64,000 nt of DNA from a virus (IMGVR_UViG_3300024249_000006:2880-66879); one strand, 5' to 3'. Positions 10,218-19,968 are shown, counted from the first letter of the stretch. Translations and numbers: made by a program. The notes: generated by a model not told the origin, from the letters alone.

Positions 10218-11420
10218 ATGGCTGCTGACCCCAATCCCGAGGTCGAACTCAAGAACCTTGCCGTCGATCTGAAAAAGGCGACCGACGAAGTCAAAACCTT
10301 CGCCGAAAAGGCCGAGACCGAGATGAAGAACCTCGGCACCATCACGCAGGAGACCAAGGACAAGGCCGATAAGGCGCTGACCGAAATGAACACGATCAGC
10401 GAGCGCCTCACCGCGGTGGAGCAGAAGATGGTTCGCCGTGGCGGACCGGGCGACGAGGAGCTGAAGACGCTCGGCGACCTCGTGGTCGAGAATGCTGCCG
10501 TCAAGGGCCTGATGGAGACCAAGAACGGGCAAGCCCGCGTCGCCATCGAGCTGAAGGACATCACCTCGGGCAATCCCACCGTCGGTGCCGGCCGCTCGCC
10601 GTCAACCTCGTTGGTGCAGGCCGATCGCGTCGGCATGGTGACGCCACCGATGCGGCAGATGGTGGTGCGGAACCTGATCACGCCCGGGACCACGTCGTCG
10701 AACGCGATAGAGTACGCGGTGGAAACCGACGACCCGAACGTGACCGGCGCTGCGGTGGTGTCGGAAGGCCAGCTCAAGCCGCAGAGCAACATCACCTTCG
10801 ATCTGAAATCGACCCCGGTGCGCACGATCGCGCATTTCATGAAAGCCTCGCGGCAGATCATGGACGATGCGCCGCAGCTGCGGAGCATCATCGACGGTCG
10901 GTTGACCTATGGCTTGCAGTTCGTCGAGGAAGGCGAGCTGCTCTACGGCGACGGCACCGGCCAGCACATCCTCGGGATCGTCCCCCAGGCCTCGGCCTAT
11001 GCACCAGCCTTCGCGCCCACCAACCCGACGCCGATCGACCAGCTCCGACTGGCGTCACTGCAGGCGACGCTCGCACTGTATCCGGCAAGTGGCTACGTGC
11101 TGCACCCGACCGATTGGGGCCGCATCGAGCTGACCAAGGATCTGCAGGGCCGCTACATCGTCGGTGACCCGACTGGTCTGCTTGGCAAGCGTTTGTGGAA
11201 CCTTCCGGTGGTCGATACGCAGGCCATGCAGGTCGGCAAGTTCTTGACTGGCGCGTTCCAATTGGGTGCACAGATCTTCGATCGGATGTCGATCGAGATC
11301 CTCATCTCGACGGAAAACGCCGACGACTTCGTGCGCAACATGATCACCATCCGCGGTGAAGAACGCCTCACCCTGGCGGTCTACAGGCCTGCAGCATTCA
11401 TCTACGGCACGCTGCCCTGA
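10218..11420 (+). CDS. HK97-family major capsid protein
   Basis: Coiled-coil delta domain, VSEGQLKPQS, RTIAHFMKASRQIMDDA, GEELLYGDG, RGEERLTLAVYRPAAF. Confidence 0.95.
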   Translation: MAADPNPEVELKNLAVDLKKATDEVKTFAEKAETEMKNLGTITQETKDKADKALTEMNTISERLTAVEQKMVRRGGPGDEELKTLGDLVVENAAVKGLMETKNGQARVAIELKDITSGNPTVGAGRSPSTSLVQADRVGMVTPPMRQMVVRNLITPGTTSSNAIEYAVETDDPNVTGAAVVSEGQLKPQSNITFDLKSTPVRTIAHFMKASRQIMDDAPQLRSIIDGRLTYGLQFVEEGELLYGDGTGQHILGIVPQASAYAPAFAPTNPTPIDQLRLASLQATLALYPASGYVLHPTDWGRIELTKDLQGRYIVGDPTGLLGKRLWNLPVVDTQAMQVGKFLTGAFQLGAQIFDRMSIEILISTENADDFVRNMITIRGEERLTLAVYRPAAFIYGTLP

Positions 11421-11662
11421 TGCTGATGGAGGCCCTCAAGCCGTGGATCAACCGCGACCACGAGGGCGTGGTGCATCCAGGCCAGCGTTTTTACGCTCAT
11501 GGCATCCGCGCCACTGAGCTGGAACTCGCTGGTCTGGCTGTTCCTGTGCTGGACGAAGACGACACCATCAAGGTCGTTGCGGACACTCCGCCTGCGCCGG
11601 CCAAAAAGGCGAAGCCGGATGGCAAAAAGCCTGTTCATCGTCGGCCCTTGGGGGCTCGGTGA
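11420..11662 (+). CDS. Small capsid-adjacent protein
   Basis: Coupled to capsid stop; Lys/Pro tail. Confidence 0.6.
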   Translation: MLMEALKPWINRDHEGVVHPGQRFYAHGIRATELELAGLAVPVLDEDDTIKVVADTPPAPAKKAKPDGKKPVHRRPLGAR

Positions 11663-12545
11663 TAGCATCTATGTCAGGCCGTTCATCGCGGCCACGGCGC
11701 AGCGCCGGGATGTCTACTACGAAACACCGTGGCCCGAACTGTTTCACGATCTACCGCTGCGGCTCGTGCGCGGCCAGCGACGGTTGCGGACTCAGATGCG
11801 CAACCTCGCGCGTACGCGCCAGGAGCAATGGTTCAGGCCACCGGATGACGCCAGGACGATAAGGCTCGGCTACGGCGTGCTCGAGGTGGCGAACGGCAAC
11901 GTGGCCACCGCGATGGAGATCAAGCTACCGCCGCTCAACAAGCTGAACCCGGTGTGGGATCTACCAGAGCTCGGCAAATGCCCGTTCGACACCGGCGGTG
12001 CACCGCTGGCGATCATCAGACCGGTGATGCGCCGCATCGAGTGGGATAACGAGGCGCGCAACCCGTATCCGCAATACGTCGACGAGATCGCCGGCGACCT
12101 GAAGGCCCGCGGCTTCGCCACCGTCGTCATCGCCGATCTCAAGCACGGTTACGAATGGATCGAGGGCGGCCGACTGCCGCCGCACAACGTCGCGCTGACC
12201 AATGGCGAGCTGTCGGTGCGGCAACTGCTCGCCGCGGTGCGCGATGCCGCAGTCGTCGTCGGCCCGGTGGGCTGGATCGTGCCTGCCGCCATCGCCCTGC
12301 ACACCCGCGCTTTCATCATCCTCGGTGGCAACGGCGGGATGAACGCACCGGAGAAGATCATCGACCCGCGCATGGACGCCAAGCGCATCGGTTTCGCAAC
12401 GCCGGAAAGGTTCTGCTTATGCACGGACATGCGCCATCGCTGCGACAAGCGGATCCCAGATCTTGGCCAGCAGTGGCAGTCCTGGATGCGAAGCGTGCGC
12501 CTGCCGGTCCCACGCTCTTCCGCCAGCTCGCGGCGCAGCGACTGA
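11619..12545 (+). CDS. Glycosyltransferase (GT9/heptosyltransferase-like, GT-B fold)
   Basis: N-terminal GPWGLGDSI..RP and C-terminal LSVRQLLAAVRDAAVVVGPVG resemble GT9 motifs. Confidence 0.65.
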   Translation: MAKSLFIVGPWGLGDSIYVRPFIAATAQRRDVYYETPWPELFHDLPLRLVRGQRRLRTQMRNLARTRQEQWFRPPDDARTIRLGYGVLEVANGNVATAMEIKLPPLNKLNPVWDLPELGKCPFDTGGAPLAIIRPVMRRIEWDNEARNPYPQYVDEIAGDLKARGFATVVIADLKHGYEWIEGGRLPPHNVALTNGELSVRQLLAAVRDAAVVVGPVGWIVPAAIALHTRAFIILGGNGGMNAPEKIIDPRMDAKRIGFATPERFCLCTDMRHRCDKRIPDLGQQWQSWMRSVRLPVPRSSASSRRSD

Positions 12546-13129
12546 CCTGGCTGCCTGAACTCGGCGTCGGCTACTACGACATCGCGGATCCGCTCGAGCC
12601 CTACGACGTTCGCTACTTCGCCAAGTACGTCGGGTATCGCGACACCGACCTGGGGCGACGCCTGACCCAGTGCCGCGTCGATCTGGTGGACCGCCACTGG
12701 GACCGGCCCGTGGTCGATATCGGCATCGGCGCCGGCGCCTTCGTGCAGGCCAGGGCGAACACCCGCGGCTATGACGTCAATCCGGCGGGCGTGCAGTGGC
12801 TGCGCGAGCGCGATCTCTATTGCGACCCCTACAGCGAGGCTGTGGCGGCCATCACGCTGTGGGACGTGCTCGAGCACATTCCCGACTTCGACCGCCTCCT
12901 GGCACGCGTGACGTCCCGCGTGTTCGTGTCCATGCCGGTGTTCGGTGGGCCGAAGGAGGTGCTGACGTCCAAGCACTTCAGACCGGACGAGCATTGCTGG
13001 TACTTCACCAGCTTCGGCTTCCTGGCCGTGATGCGCATGCTCGGCTGGGAGCTGCTCGAGCACAACGAAGAGGAAAGCAGGCTCGGCCGCGACGGCATCG
13101 CCTCATTCGCGTTCCAGCGGTTCGCCTGA
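12473..13129 (+). CDS. Class I SAM-dependent methyltransferase
   Basis: VVDIGIGAGAF motif I, GYDVN, ITLWDVLEHI; start (GTG at 12473) inferred. Confidence 0.8.
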   Translation: MAVLDAKRAPAGPTLFRQLAAQRLTWLPELGVGYYDIADPLEPYDVRYFAKYVGYRDTDLGRRLTQCRVDLVDRHWDRPVVDIGIGAGAFVQARANTRGYDVNPAGVQWLRERDLYCDPYSEAVAAITLWDVLEHIPDFDRLLARVTSRVFVSMPVFGGPKEVLTSKHFRPDEHCWYFTSFGFLAVMRMLGWELLEHNEEESRLGRDGIASFAFQRFA

Positions 13130-13791
13130 TGTCGATGCGCTCGGTCACCACCGTCATCACGAAGGCGACCAATCGCGACCTGACGACGCTTGCGACCGCA
13201 AAGGAGGAGCTCGGCATCACCGGCTCCAAATATGACAGCCGGCTGAAGCGCTGGATCAAGGAAGAGAGCGCCGCGGTCGAACGCTATTGCGGGCGGCGGC
13301 TGATCAAAGAGACGCTGCAGCAGGTCTTCACCGGCTACATCCATCAGACCGATCTGGTGCTGGTGCTGTGGCCAGTCACCGAGGTGATCTCGGTCACCTG
13401 GGATAGCACGGTGCTGACGCCCGACCAGTGGCTGCTCGATGGCGAGGCCGGTCTGCTGCGCCGGTTCGACCCAGACCAGGGCTGCTGGATCCCGTGGTTC
13501 GATTACCCCTACTACATGCACGGCTACGGCTACCCGTATCCGCACATGGTCACCGTGCAATACACCGGTGGCTACACGCTCGGCGACGATCTGCCGCCCG
13601 ACATCGAGGCCGCAGTGCTGATGCAGCTGAACGTGCGGAAGTCGGCCGGCACGCGCGATCCAACGATCAGGACCGAGACCGTGCCGAACGTGCTGTCGAC
13701 GACGTATTTCGGTGGCACGCCCGGCGAGAACGCAGCGATTGTGCCCGCGGCCGCGTCGCGTCTCGAGGCCTATCGCGAGCAACGGCTGTGA
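13129..13791 (+). CDS. Head-tail connector (gp6-like)
   Basis: LTTLATAKEELG, AVERYCGRRL, VQYTGGY, LPPDIEAAV. Confidence 0.8.
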   Translation: MSMRSVTTVITKATNRDLTTLATAKEELGITGSKYDSRLKRWIKEESAAVERYCGRRLIKETLQQVFTGYIHQTDLVLVLWPVTEVISVTWDSTVLTPDQWLLDGEAGLLRRFDPDQGCWIPWFDYPYYMHGYGYPYPHMVTVQYTGGYTLGDDLPPDIEAAVLMQLNVRKSAGTRDPTIRTETVPNVLSTTYFGGTPGENAAIVPAAASRLEAYREQRL

Positions 13792-13967
13792 GGGCGTTCC
13801 GCCAGGACGAGCCTGTCGTCATCCACTGCGAGAACTGCGAGCCGGAAGCAGCGCGTGTGGTGTCGGTTGGGCCGCGCTGCCCCGAGTGCGGCAATCGCAC
13901 CTATCGCGTGCAGACCGAAGCGATGCTCGTCGAGTGCTGCTCATCAATCCTGCGCCCCGTGAACTGA
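13788..13967 (+). CDS. Small zinc-ribbon protein
   Basis: CENC...CPECG; GTG start overlaps upstream stop. Confidence 0.45.
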   Translation: MRAFRQDEPVVIHCENCEPEAARVVSVGPRCPECGNRTYRVQTEAMLVECCSSILRPVN

Positions 13968-13977
13968 GAGGCTTCTG

Positions 13978-14415
13978 ATGCTGCAATCGACAGAGGTCTA
14001 TGCCCTCCAGGGCACGGACACGCTCGACTTTCAGATCACGGCACCCGGCACAATGACCGGCGAGTGGACGGCCGGACTCGAGGGTATGCAATCCGTCGCC
14101 GTCGAGCTCCGCTTTCTGTGGGGGTCCGGTGGCACCACGGTGAAGGCCCTGGTGCAGTCAGCGATGGGCCCCGATGGCCCGGCCTATGACATCGCCCAGG
14201 TCACGTTCGATGTCGTCGCACGCACCGTGATGTTCGAGCTGTATGCAGGCACCACGGATCTCGTCGATCCTGGTGTCGGCGGCATCGATGCCAGCGGCAA
14301 TCCCGAGACCGATGGCCTGCTGTGCAATGTGCTCGGCGATCGACTGCGTCTGGTGGCGATCGTCACCGGCAGTTACCTCAACACGGTTCTGTCCGCGCGC
14401 GTGCTGCCGAAATGA
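13978..14415 (+). CDS. Hypothetical virion protein
   Basis: GAGG RBS; coupled within the head-tail operon. Confidence 0.6.
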   Translation: MLQSTEVYALQGTDTLDFQITAPGTMTGEWTAGLEGMQSVAVELRFLWGSGGTTVKALVQSAMGPDGPAYDIAQVTFDVVARTVMFELYAGTTDLVDPGVGGIDASGNPETDGLLCNVLGDRLRLVAIVTGSYLNTVLSARVLPK

Positions 14416-14747
14416 ACGCTGACGGCGTCATACGCGCGCTCACCACGCAAGGTGAGATCGTCACTGTCAAACGGCTGACCGGCACGCGCCAGGTCGCGTT
14501 CAGTGTCGACTGCCTCGCGTTCGTGGAGATCGGCGTCGAATCGGTCCTGGTGGGCTCGGTGCAGCAGACCGCTGACAAGATCACGCTGACCGATCGCGAG
14601 ATGAACGAAAAGCAGTGGCCGAAGCCACCGCGCCAGGGCGACCAGATCGTGTTCAGCGACGGCACCACACGCACGATGCAGGGTCGCGCGGACGTAAGAC
14701 GTGTCGCCGAGGATCTCGTCTACTTCATCAAGACGCTCGGCGGCTGA
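14412..14747 (+). CDS. Head-closure/stopper-like protein
   Basis: PRQGDQIVFSDG C-terminal motif, position after connector. Confidence 0.6.
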   Translation: MNADGVIRALTTQGEIVTVKRLTGTRQVAFSVDCLAFVEIGVESVLVGSVQQTADKITLTDREMNEKQWPKPPRQGDQIVFSDGTTRTMQGRADVRRVAEDLVYFIKTLGG

Positions 14748-14751
14748 TGCG

Positions 14752-15189
14752 ATGTCGCCCGAAGTGTTCGACGACTGCATGCCCCGCATCCAGGCGGTGG
14801 CCACGCAGTTGGGCATCACGCTGGAGATGCCGAACGAAATTGCCGGGCCGCGACCGTCGCCACCGAAGACATGGGTCGATGTCGAGGTTGCTGCGCAGTC
14901 CGCCGGTCCGATGCAGATCGGCTACGACGCGTGGAACGAAGAAGGCCAGATCTTCATTCACGTAATGGTGCCGATCGGCACCGGCATGCGCGACGCCCTG
15001 GTGCAGCGCAAAGCGTTCTCCACCGCATTTCGCGGCATCAACGTCACCACACCTGACGGGCTCTCCTACAGCGACGATCAGTCGATGGATCCGCTCGGCC
15101 CTGGCGGAGACGACGGCGTGTACCGGCGCCTGACGCTGATCGTTCGCTACCTCTGGCAGGACCGCCTGACCGCACCCCCGCCCTACTGA
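14752..15189 (+). CDS. Tail terminator-like protein
   Basis: QIGYDAWNEEGQIFIHVMVPIGTG; position before tail tube. Confidence 0.65.
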   Translation: MSPEVFDDCMPRIQAVATQLGITLEMPNEIAGPRPSPPKTWVDVEVAAQSAGPMQIGYDAWNEEGQIFIHVMVPIGTGMRDALVQRKAFSTAFRGINVTTPDGLSYSDDQSMDPLGPGGDDGVYRRLTLIVRYLWQDRLTAPPPY

Positions 15190-15206
15190 GCGAAAGGAAC
15201 GCAGCT

Positions 15207-15371
15207 GTGCCGCAATTCCACATCGTTGAAGAGATGCCGACCAACTCTGGGATCTTTGAAGAGACCACCCCAGCCGAGGTCATCGCCGACGACGTCGAGA
15301 AGGCCAAGCTGCGCTGCATCGATCTCAGCCAGGACGGCAATCGATACGGCGTCTGGGTCGAATCCCCCTGA
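15207..15371 (+). CDS. 54-aa protein absent from the ORF track, paralog of the N-terminus of 15389..15859
   Basis: GTG after AAGGA; MPQFHIVEE..LRCIDLSQDGNRYGVWVES aligns with MEEFHILVE..DRCVELAVDGKKYGFWVYES. Confidence 0.7.
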   Translation: MPQFHIVEEMPTNSGIFEETTPAEVIADDVEKAKLRCIDLSQDGNRYGVWVESP

Positions 15372-15388
15372 GAGCAAGGAAACCGTCC

Positions 15389-15859
15389 ATGGAAGAGTTT
15401 CATATCCTGGTTGAATCGGCCACGCCCGGTAGTTTCGTCGAGACCGGTGAGATCATCAGCAGCAACGCAACCGACGCCATGGATCGCTGCGTCGAACTCG
15501 CAGTGGACGGCAAGAAGTACGGCTTCTGGGTTTACGAGAGTGTCGTTGCCAAGAACCTGCTGCAGCCCGCAGGCGCGGACCCCAATGCACCGCCCCTGCC
15601 GACCGCCCCGCCGGTCAATGTCGATGTTCCATACGTCTCGCAAAACGGCGCGGTGCTGAGCTGCACGCTGGGCAACTGGGACGGCTCGCCCACGTCCTAT
15701 CTCTATCTGTGGCAGCTCGACGGGACACCCGTTGGCACCGCGGACACCTATCCCGTGCAGCCGGCCGACGTTGGCAAAAGCGCGACCTGCACTGTCAGCG
15801 CCACCAACGATGCGGGCACGACCTCAGCGCCGGTGTCGAACGCCATCGTCGTCACCTGA
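15389..15859 (+). CDS. Virion protein with C-terminal Ig-like domain
   Basis: PPVNVDVPYVS..LSCTLGNWDGSPTSYLYLWQLDG..ATCTVSATNDAG Ig/FN3-like pattern. Confidence 0.75.
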   Translation: MEEFHILVESATPGSFVETGEIISSNATDAMDRCVELAVDGKKYGFWVYESVVAKNLLQPAGADPNAPPLPTAPPVNVDVPYVSQNGAVLSCTLGNWDGSPTSYLYLWQLDGTPVGTADTYPVQPADVGKSATCTVSATNDAGTTSAPVSNAIVVT

Positions 15860-15910
15860 GAGCAGCGACCGCGCGTCGCGCGCACTGAAATCTAAACACA
15901 GGAGAGAGCC

Positions 15911-17113
15911 ATGCCCGCGACCGCCGGATATCAAGCTGGCGTCGAAGCCAACCAAACGCGAATCTCGTACGCCGTCGAAGCAACCTGGGGTGTCGCCCCG
16001 GCCGTCGCCTTCAAAGCGATCCGGTATATGAGCGACACGTTGGCGGAGACGAAAACCCGCCAGCGACCGAGTGAAATCAACATCACGAGGGAAGCCACGC
16101 AAGCGGTCACCACGCAGCAGACCGCAGGCGGCACGATCAACTATGCGCTGTCCTATCAGACCTTCGATGACTTCTTCTCGGTGGTGCTGCAGCGCGACTG
16201 GCAGGCGTTCCAGACCATCAACGGCATCGCCGGCGACATCACGCTCACCAACACGGGTGGCGTGGTCGTGCTGTCGTCGACGCTCGCCACCAAGTTCGCG
16301 ACCCTGGCGCAGGGAACGTGGATCAAACTCTATGGATTTACCAACACGCTCAACAACGGCTGGTGGTTCATCAAACTCCACACCGACGACTCGCATCTCA
16401 CGCTCGAGGGCACCAACCGGGCCGCGGTGATCACCGAAACACCAGCTGGTACCGCGGCGCATGTGCGCGGCTCGACGATCAGCAACGGCACCACGTTCAA
16501 GTCGCTGTTCATGCAGCAGATGCTGTCGTCGACAATGTTCCTCGTCTATCCGGGCACCTACATCTCGCGCATGACGATCTCCGGTGGGATCGGCAACTTC
16601 TTCACCGGCGCGATCGATATCATCGCCAAAGATGAGGATGGGATCACGGTCGACAGTTCGACCGGCGCCGTCATCGCCGCGCCTACCACCATCGTCCTGG
16701 ACCCGGTCAATGGGTTCGTCGGCGCATTCTGGAACGGTGCGCCAATGGTGGGCACGCTCGACCAGATGGCGATCACGCTGGAGAACACCGCAGCAGCGCC
16801 CGAATACGGTCTCGGCAATCAGCTCTCGGTCGGCATCCTCAGCGGAACATTCAGCGCGAACGGCACGTTCCGGATGTACTTCAACGACTTCACCAACTAT
16901 AACATGATGCAGGCCGAGCAGACTGGCACCCTCTCCTTCATTCTGAAGGGCTCTACTGGAAACTCCTACGCCTTCACCTTCGTCAATGCTTTCATGATGG
17001 TGAAGATGAATGCGGGCGGGCCAGGGCAAGCGGTCTATGCCGACATCACGGTCGAAGGGAACCCCGGCCCGAACGGCGGCACGTTCATCATCGACCGCTT
17101 GGCCAATACCTAA
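15911..17113 (+). CDS. Tail tube protein 1 (Phage_tube_2-like)
   Basis: RQRPSEIN, TAGGTINYALSY, GTFRMYFND; GGAG RBS. Confidence 0.85.
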   Translation: MPATAGYQAGVEANQTRISYAVEATWGVAPAVAFKAIRYMSDTLAETKTRQRPSEINITREATQAVTTQQTAGGTINYALSYQTFDDFFSVVLQRDWQAFQTINGIAGDITLTNTGGVVVLSSTLATKFATLAQGTWIKLYGFTNTLNNGWWFIKLHTDDSHLTLEGTNRAAVITETPAGTAAHVRGSTISNGTTFKSLFMQQMLSSTMFLVYPGTYISRMTISGGIGNFFTGAIDIIAKDEDGITVDSSTGAVIAAPTTIVLDPVNGFVGAFWNGAPMVGTLDQMAITLENTAAAPEYGLGNQLSVGILSGTFSANGTFRMYFNDFTNYNMMQAEQTGTLSFILKGSTGNSYAFTFVNAFMMVKMNAGGPGQAVYADITVEGNPGPNGGTFIIDRLANT

Positions 17114-17131
17114 AAGCGAGGAGACGCAGCA

Positions 17132-18346
17132 ATGCCCGCGACTGCAGGATATCAGGCTGGCGTTGAGGCCAACCAAACGCAACTCTCGTATGGCAATGAG
17201 GTTACCTGGGGTGCGCGGCCACTCGTGCAGTTCCAGGCGATCCGCTACACGGGCGACACGTTGGCGCTCACCAAGACGAGGCAGCGGCCGAGCGAGATCA
17301 ACATCAGCCGAGAGGTGTCGGGCGCCGTTACCACGCAGCAGACCGCAGGCGGCACGATCAACTATGCGCTGAGCTATGGCACCTACGACGACTTCTTCGC
17401 CTCGCTCTGCCAGGACGACTGGTCGCCGCCGCTGAACATCGCCAGCATCGGCACCGACATCACCATGACGTCGACCGGCAACACGATTCAATCGCTGTCG
17501 TCCACCTTGACGACCAAGTTCACCAACGTTTCGGTCGGTCAGTATATACGGGTGTCCGGTTTCACGACGATCACGCAATACAATACTTGGTGGCGGGTGC
17601 TGACGAAGACGGATAACTCGCACATCACCGTCACCGGCAATGCGGTCCTCGTCGCGACCGAAACCTCGGCTGGGGCCAACGTCCTGATCACCGGCTCGTC
17701 GCTCAACAACGCCACGACCTTCAAAAGCCTGTTCATCCAGCAGAAGTTTTCCTCGACCCGGTTCCTCCGCTATGGCGGCGCCTACGTGACACGCATCACG
17801 CTTGGCGGCGCCGTTGGAAACTTCTTCTCGGGTGCCATCGACGTCGTTGCGCAGACGGAAATCGCCGCCGCGGTCGAAGCCTCAACCGGTGCCACGCTGC
17901 CAGCGCCGTCAGGCACGGTGTTCGATCCCGTCGCCGGCTTCATCAGGATGAACTACAACGTCGGCACCGTCGCCGGGCTCATCGATCAGCTGTCGCTGAC
18001 GCTGGAGAACACTGGTGCCGCGCCCGAGTTCAGCATGGGCGGCAGCGCCGGCGCCGACGGCATGCTTGGCGGCACGTTCACCGGCTCGGGTGCGTTCCGC
18101 CTCTATTGCAAGGATTTCACGCTCTACAACCAGTTCCAGTCGGAGCTGTCCGCCGACCTGCAGATCTATCTGCAGGACGCGCAAAAGAACTCCTACGTCA
18201 TCTCGTTCCAGCAGGTGTCGCTGTTCTGCAAGATCAACGCCACCGGCCCCGGCACGGCCGTCATGGTCGACGTGACATTTGAGGCCAACCCGGATCCCAC
18301 GAACAACGGCACGTTCCAGATGGACCGCCACCCGCCACCGAACTGA
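17132..18346 (+). CDS. Tail tube protein 2 (paralog of tube 1)
   Basis: Same MPATAGYQAGVEANQT start and TTQQTAGGTINYALSY motif; GAGGAG RBS. Confidence 0.85.
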   Translation: MPATAGYQAGVEANQTQLSYGNEVTWGARPLVQFQAIRYTGDTLALTKTRQRPSEINISREVSGAVTTQQTAGGTINYALSYGTYDDFFASLCQDDWSPPLNIASIGTDITMTSTGNTIQSLSSTLTTKFTNVSVGQYIRVSGFTTITQYNTWWRVLTKTDNSHITVTGNAVLVATETSAGANVLITGSSLNNATTFKSLFIQQKFSSTRFLRYGGAYVTRITLGGAVGNFFSGAIDVVAQTEIAAAVEASTGATLPAPSGTVFDPVAGFIRMNYNVGTVAGLIDQLSLTLENTGAAPEFSMGGSAGADGMLGGTFTGSGAFRLYCKDFTLYNQFQSELSADLQIYLQDAQKNSYVISFQQVSLFCKINATGPGTAVMVDVTFEANPDPTNNGTFQMDRHPPPN

Positions 18347-18484
18347 GCAATTCAGAGATCGGCGTCTGATCGGACGCTGATGGCGCGCGCGAGGTTTCCT
18401 CCCCCGTGCGTCGGCGCGTGACCGTTGCCGTCCGGGCTGTGGTCACGCGCCACCCTTCCAACCGGACAGGAAGACACAGCAACA

Positions 18485-18919
18485 ATGGCAAACTTGAAAG
18501 AGTTCCAATCGGACATCCGTGCGATCAATGATGGCATATGGGTGCGCGTCAACGAAGCCTACGGCGATCTCGAGATCCAGGTGAGAGGCTTCACCGATCA
18601 GTTCCATGATGCACGCACCGCCCGCCAGATAGCTGCAGCGGAAGGCTATGGCGGCGACGAAAAGCGGATACCCAACGACGTCCAGCGACGCATCAACGCA
18701 TCGCTGATGCAAGACTTCCTCATCATCGGCGTGCGCAACCTCGACAATGGCGACGGTCAACCGGTGACGATCGAGCAGTTCCACGAGCTGCTGTTCCAAC
18801 CCGACTACGGTCGCCTGTCGCGCATGGTGTGGGACGCTGCAGGCCGCGTCTCCGCACGCTCGATGGCGCAGGTCGAGGCCGCAGCAAAAAACTCACCGAC
18901 GGACTCCGCCTCGAGTTGA
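18485..18919 (+). CDS. Tail assembly chaperone (gpG-like)
   Basis: Lies between tube and tape measure; GIWV..YGDLEIQVRG. Confidence 0.8.
   Translation: MANLKEFQSDIRAINDGIWVRVNEAYGDLEIQVRGFTDQFHDARTARQIAAAEGYGGDEKRIPNDVQRRINASLMQDFLIIGVRNLDNGDGQPVTIEQFHELLFQPDYGRLSRMVWDAAGRVSARSMAQVEAAAKNSPTDSASS
18886..18892 (+). other. -1 ribosomal frameshift slippery site A AAA AAC
   Basis: Canonical X XXY YYZ in the chaperone frame (GCA AAA AAC); the -1 frame continues KKLTDGLRLELNYG to 19290. Confidence 0.85.
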
Positions 18920-19290
18920 ACTACGGCAACCTCCGATCGCGTCTCATGGCGCGTCGGAAGCAGCAGATCGCTGCGGGCGAGCGCCCCGATATGTCCGAGA
19001 CGGACATGCCGCCGGCGCCGTGGATCGAACCCGAGTTCCTGTGGATCTGGCGCGCTTGGCATCGGCTGCACCCTGATCGTCCGCAGTATGGCGGCGGCAT
19101 GGGCCCGACGGTGCCGGGCGACATCCCATGGACTGTCGTGCGCCAGTGGGCGGAATTCCATGATCTGACACGCGGAGAATTCGACATGCTCGACCGCGTG
19201 CTTCAGCGCATGGATGGCGAATATCGGGAGTGGTGGATCTCACGCCACCCGCCTGAGTCGACGGCGCCGCGACGGCGGGAGATCCGCTGA
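18886..19290 (+). CDS. gpGT-like frameshift extension of the chaperone
   Basis: -1 frame ORF with WRAWHRL...GDIPWTVVRQWAE typical of gpT-like regions. Confidence 0.8.
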   Translation, partial: KKLTDGLRLELNYGNLRSRLMARRKQQIAAGERPDMSETDMPPAPWIEPEFLWIWRAWHRLHPDRPQYGGGMGPTVPGDIPWTVVRQWAEFHDLTRGEFDMLDRVLQRMDGEYREWWISRHPPESTAPRRREIR

Positions 19291-19967
19291 TGCGGTCGGT
19301 GATCGGCGCAGACCTCGGAGCGAATCTACGCACTGTCGTCCGCAAGATGCTCGACAAGCAGGTGCAGTCACCCGATGCGCGTGCGCGCGTTAAGAAGCAT
19401 CTGCAGCTGCGCATCGAGGAGATGGAGCAGAGCGGCGTCACGCCGGTGTTCCGGCAATTCGTCAACGGCGTCGAGACCAACGACCTCTCGAAAATCACCT
19501 TCCGCGGTAGCACCATCGAGCTGAAGTTCGATCGGCTCGATGGTGTCGCGCGGGCGATCCTGGCGTATGCCAAGGAGATCAGCCCGAACCCCGGTGGCCC
19601 GTACTCCCAGGCGTGGTTCTTGGCAGTGAACGGTGTGCCGGTCACCGACCTCTCCCAACACATCCCCCACGACGCGACGGTCATCCTGACCAACTTCGCG
19701 CCGTTCGCCCGTCGCCTCGAGGAACGAGGGCGCACCGGGCGCAGCGGCAGGCTGTCAGGATACGCGCGTCCGGAGCTCGTGGTGACCGAGCGCACCCGGC
19801 TTTGGGCCCGCAAGCAGTTCCCCAGCGTCAACATCGATCGGCTGTTCGTCGCCATCCCAGGCGGCGGCGGCACCGCGCGCGGCTGGCAGGTGCCGTACGT
19901 CCTGAAGACCGGGCCACACCGCGGTGAGCCGATCCTCTACCCCGCCATCCGGCTGACGGAACGCTGA
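19290..19967 (+). CDS. Tail completion/neck-like protein
   Basis: Coupled; SPNPGGPYSQAWF and YPAIRL termini. Confidence 0.6.
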   Translation: MRSVIGADLGANLRTVVRKMLDKQVQSPDARARVKKHLQLRIEEMEQSGVTPVFRQFVNGVETNDLSKITFRGSTIELKFDRLDGVARAILAYAKEISPNPGGPYSQAWFLAVNGVPVTDLSQHIPHDATVILTNFAPFARRLEERGRTGRSGRLSGYARPELVVTERTRLWARKQFPSVNIDRLFVAIPGGGGTARGWQVPYVLKTGPHRGEPILYPAIRLTER

Positions 19968-19968
19968 G

